Shown in pieces: positions 62,319-64,000 of a stretch of DNA of 64,000 nucleotides. The notes under the pieces are model-generated. The model had not been told where the DNA came from. It was given only the letters and a program-made list of their open reading frames with translations, and did no database searches. The position numbers and the translations under genes were made by a program. How positions within the stretch are numbered: the stretch's first letter is position 1; the number at the start of each line of letters is the position of its first letter. Origin of the DNA: a virus; the IMG/VR virus record IMGVR_UViG_3300009702_000016, positions 1-64,000 of that record. One strand, 5' to 3'.

Positions 62319-63293
62319 ATGCCTGTCCACGTTAGCCACATCTCATTTAAGTCTTACGCAGGGCCGAGAATACGAGGAGACGTACCCTTTGTGCTAGGCC
62401 CTACAGCTTCGCACTGGGACAGAGTATTATGGCTTACCGCTAAGGTCGAATCTGGTGGTACGTTTGGCTCTATCGTCATGTACGACGGGACTGCAGTAAC
62501 AGCTGGTTTGCACCAGGCTATTGCCGTATATCCGAAAGAGCTGTCCCACGAGGATTATCAGGCCAAGGATGACCAGGGAAGCTTTTGGTCCTTGCTTCGA
62601 AGGATAGAGCTTGTTCCTGACTTCCCAGAAGTGAAGAAGTTGTGGGATAAACTTGCTTCCTCAGGATTCTATTTGGGTCGTGATGGCGTTCTTCGCTACC
62701 TGAACGACGGTACCGTTAAGGTAGGATCAAGAAATGTGAACTATTCTGCGGGTGACCCCGTTTACGGCTCTCATATTAGAAACACATTCACTCCTATGAA
62801 TGGTTCTGTGCCAAAGAGAGGCGCACAGTGGGAGCAATCCAAGCAGTGGGCTCTTGCCTTTCACTCTGTGTTTTCTAATCCAAAGTCGTTTAAGGCGCAG
62901 TCTGAGTTTGGAATGGAGCATTTTGAGCATGTAGCGAGGACTCGTCACATAGGAGACGAGAAAATCGTAGATGCTCTCTACGGTGGTTCTTTGCGCTCTC
63001 CTGGATACGAGGGGGATGATTACGATCTGGCCTTAGCTGTATTCTGGTCACACAGCGTGAACGCTCCTGCTATTGCGTATAGGATACTCAAGAGGGCGTA
63101 CAGAGTTGCCCCTCCAGCGGAGGATTCTTCCAAATTCGCCAGAACTCTACTCCATATGCTTGGTAGAAGTAACTTTGGTCGATGGAATTTCAGTGAGAAG
63201 AACGGACGGTGGTCACGAACTAGAAGTTCCGCGAAGAAAGTGTGGGAAAGTGGCCTATTTTCTAGTTCTGGAATTATGCCTAAGGCACTGTAA
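62319..63293 (+). CDS. Putative lysozyme-fold peptidoglycan hydrolase (endolysin or virion lysin)
   Basis: Helix ending in E, then ESGG.FG....YD...VTAGLHQ, the lysozyme-superfamily E...G..Q arrangement. Confidence 0.5.
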   Translation: MPVHVSHISFKSYAGPRIRGDVPFVLGPTASHWDRVLWLTAKVESGGTFGSIVMYDGTAVTAGLHQAIAVYPKELSHEDYQAKDDQGSFWSLLRRIELVPDFPEVKKLWDKLASSGFYLGRDGVLRYLNDGTVKVGSRNVNYSAGDPVYGSHIRNTFTPMNGSVPKRGAQWEQSKQWALAFHSVFSNPKSFKAQSEFGMEHFEHVARTRHIGDEKIVDALYGGSLRSPGYEGDDYDLALAVFWSHSVNAPAIAYRILKRAYRVAPPAEDSSKFARTLLHMLGRSNFGRWNFSEKNGRWSRTRSSAKKVWESGLFSSSGIMPKAL

Positions 63294-63305
63294 AGGAGAA
63301 GTAAC

Positions 63306-63461
63306 ATGCCTACTCTACGATATGGAGATGTAGTAAACTCATCATTACCTGAGGAAGTTCCTCAGTCGCTAGATGATAGGATTAAGGAGCGTCGGGCTTC
63401 TATGGAAGAGGAATCTCAATCCTCGGACGAACAGACTGATTCTGAAACGCAACAAGACTAA
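63306..63461 (+). CDS. Small acidic protein (51 aa, not in track)
   Basis: AAGGAG SD; MPTLRYGDVVNSSLPEE...ETQQD. Confidence 0.55.
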   Translation: MPTLRYGDVVNSSLPEEVPQSLDDRIKERRASMEEESQSSDEQTDSETQQD

Positions 63462-63472
63462 GGTGAAGTAAC

Positions 63473-64000
63473 ATGAACGATAACTATGAGAGCGCATTTG
63501 TATACATTGATAGGATCCTTGACTCTAAGGAGCCCATTTATGTGCGAAACGTCTTCAGTAAGCGAGGAATTGTCGTTGTAACATTGAACGACGGAAACAG
63601 GACACATCGGGAGCCTATCCCCAACACTAAGTATCCTATTTGTCTTTCAAACAAGGCCACCCCTGATATGATCAGGAATTCAAAGTCTCTCAGGCAGCTC
63701 CTTGACAAGGGAGTTTTGGAGTTAGTTCCCCATAAGGTAGCGGAGAAGGAGCTTTCCAACCCGAATGTGAGGCAGGCTTTGGCTGACGCTTACGAAAGGA
63801 TTAGCCCTTCCTCCTCTGGTGTAAAGGCCAACCGAACTCCTACTAACCAAGATAATGAGGACTTTGACGCTCCTTCCGTCGATGACTCCGATGTAGAGCA
63901 TAACGCCTCTCTTTCTAACTCTGATGACGACGTGGGGTTTGAACGTGAGAATGACCCAGAGACAGAAGGTGTGGCCATTCGTGTGGTGACGCTAGTGGAG
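63473..64000 (+). CDS. Hypothetical protein, truncated at the right edge (not in track)
   Basis: AGGTG SD; MNDNYESAFVYIDRILDSKEPIYVRNVFSKRG..., no stop seen before the window end. Confidence 0.7.
   Translation, partial: MNDNYESAFVYIDRILDSKEPIYVRNVFSKRGIVVVTLNDGNRTHREPIPNTKYPICLSNKATPDMIRNSKSLRQLLDKGVLELVPHKVAEKELSNPNVRQALADAYERISPSSSGVKANRTPTNQDNEDFDAPSVDDSDVEHNASLSNSDDDVGFERENDPETEGVAIRVVTLVE

Overview
This 64-kb window is a densely coding segment of a large tailed dsDNA bacteriophage, probably a jumbo phage. No host housekeeping context is visible. The layout has six blocks. (i) 1-2573 (-): a 670-aa charged helical protein followed by a class II tRNA nucleotidyltransferase (CCA/poly(A) polymerase family) that runs off the left edge and is missing from the ORF track. 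(ii) 2757-13601 (+): a replication/host-takeover operon with PolA-type 5'-3' exonuclease, KhpA-like KH protein, dUTPase, SF2 helicase, DEDDh exonuclease, DnaB, IF-1, Zn-ribbon proteins, beta-clamp-like protein, PolB-type proofreading exonuclease and tRNA-Ser(UGA). (iii) 13560-53357 (-): a 40-kb head/packaging block with terminase, portal, prohead protease, scaffold, decoration protein, HK97-type major capsid protein, a Hef-like endonuclease, many novel proteins, a 2H phosphoesterase and a 3276-aa giant protein. (iv) 53400-54150: a non-coding, repeat-rich candidate origin or packaging locus. (v) 54243-59541: small genes, a RuvC-like resolvase and neck-type genes. (vi) 59631-64000 (+): neck/adaptor, membrane and lysozyme-like genes. 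The strongest unexpected signal is a canonical -1 frameshift cassette (A_AAA_AAA, 6-nt spacer, perfect 10-bp stem) that would fuse the 670-aa protein to the CCA-type enzyme. Other notable signals are a recurrent [K/R]-x-A-S motif in head proteins that also brackets enzyme domains, sigma-70-like regions 2 and 4 inside the giant protein, and two in-frame TAG codons in late genes. One testable inference is that the phage loads enzymes (tRNA repair, 2H phosphoesterase, sigma-like factor) into the capsid as fusion proteins and releases them by prohead-protease cleavage. All functional calls come from visual motif recognition; no database searches or folding programs were run.
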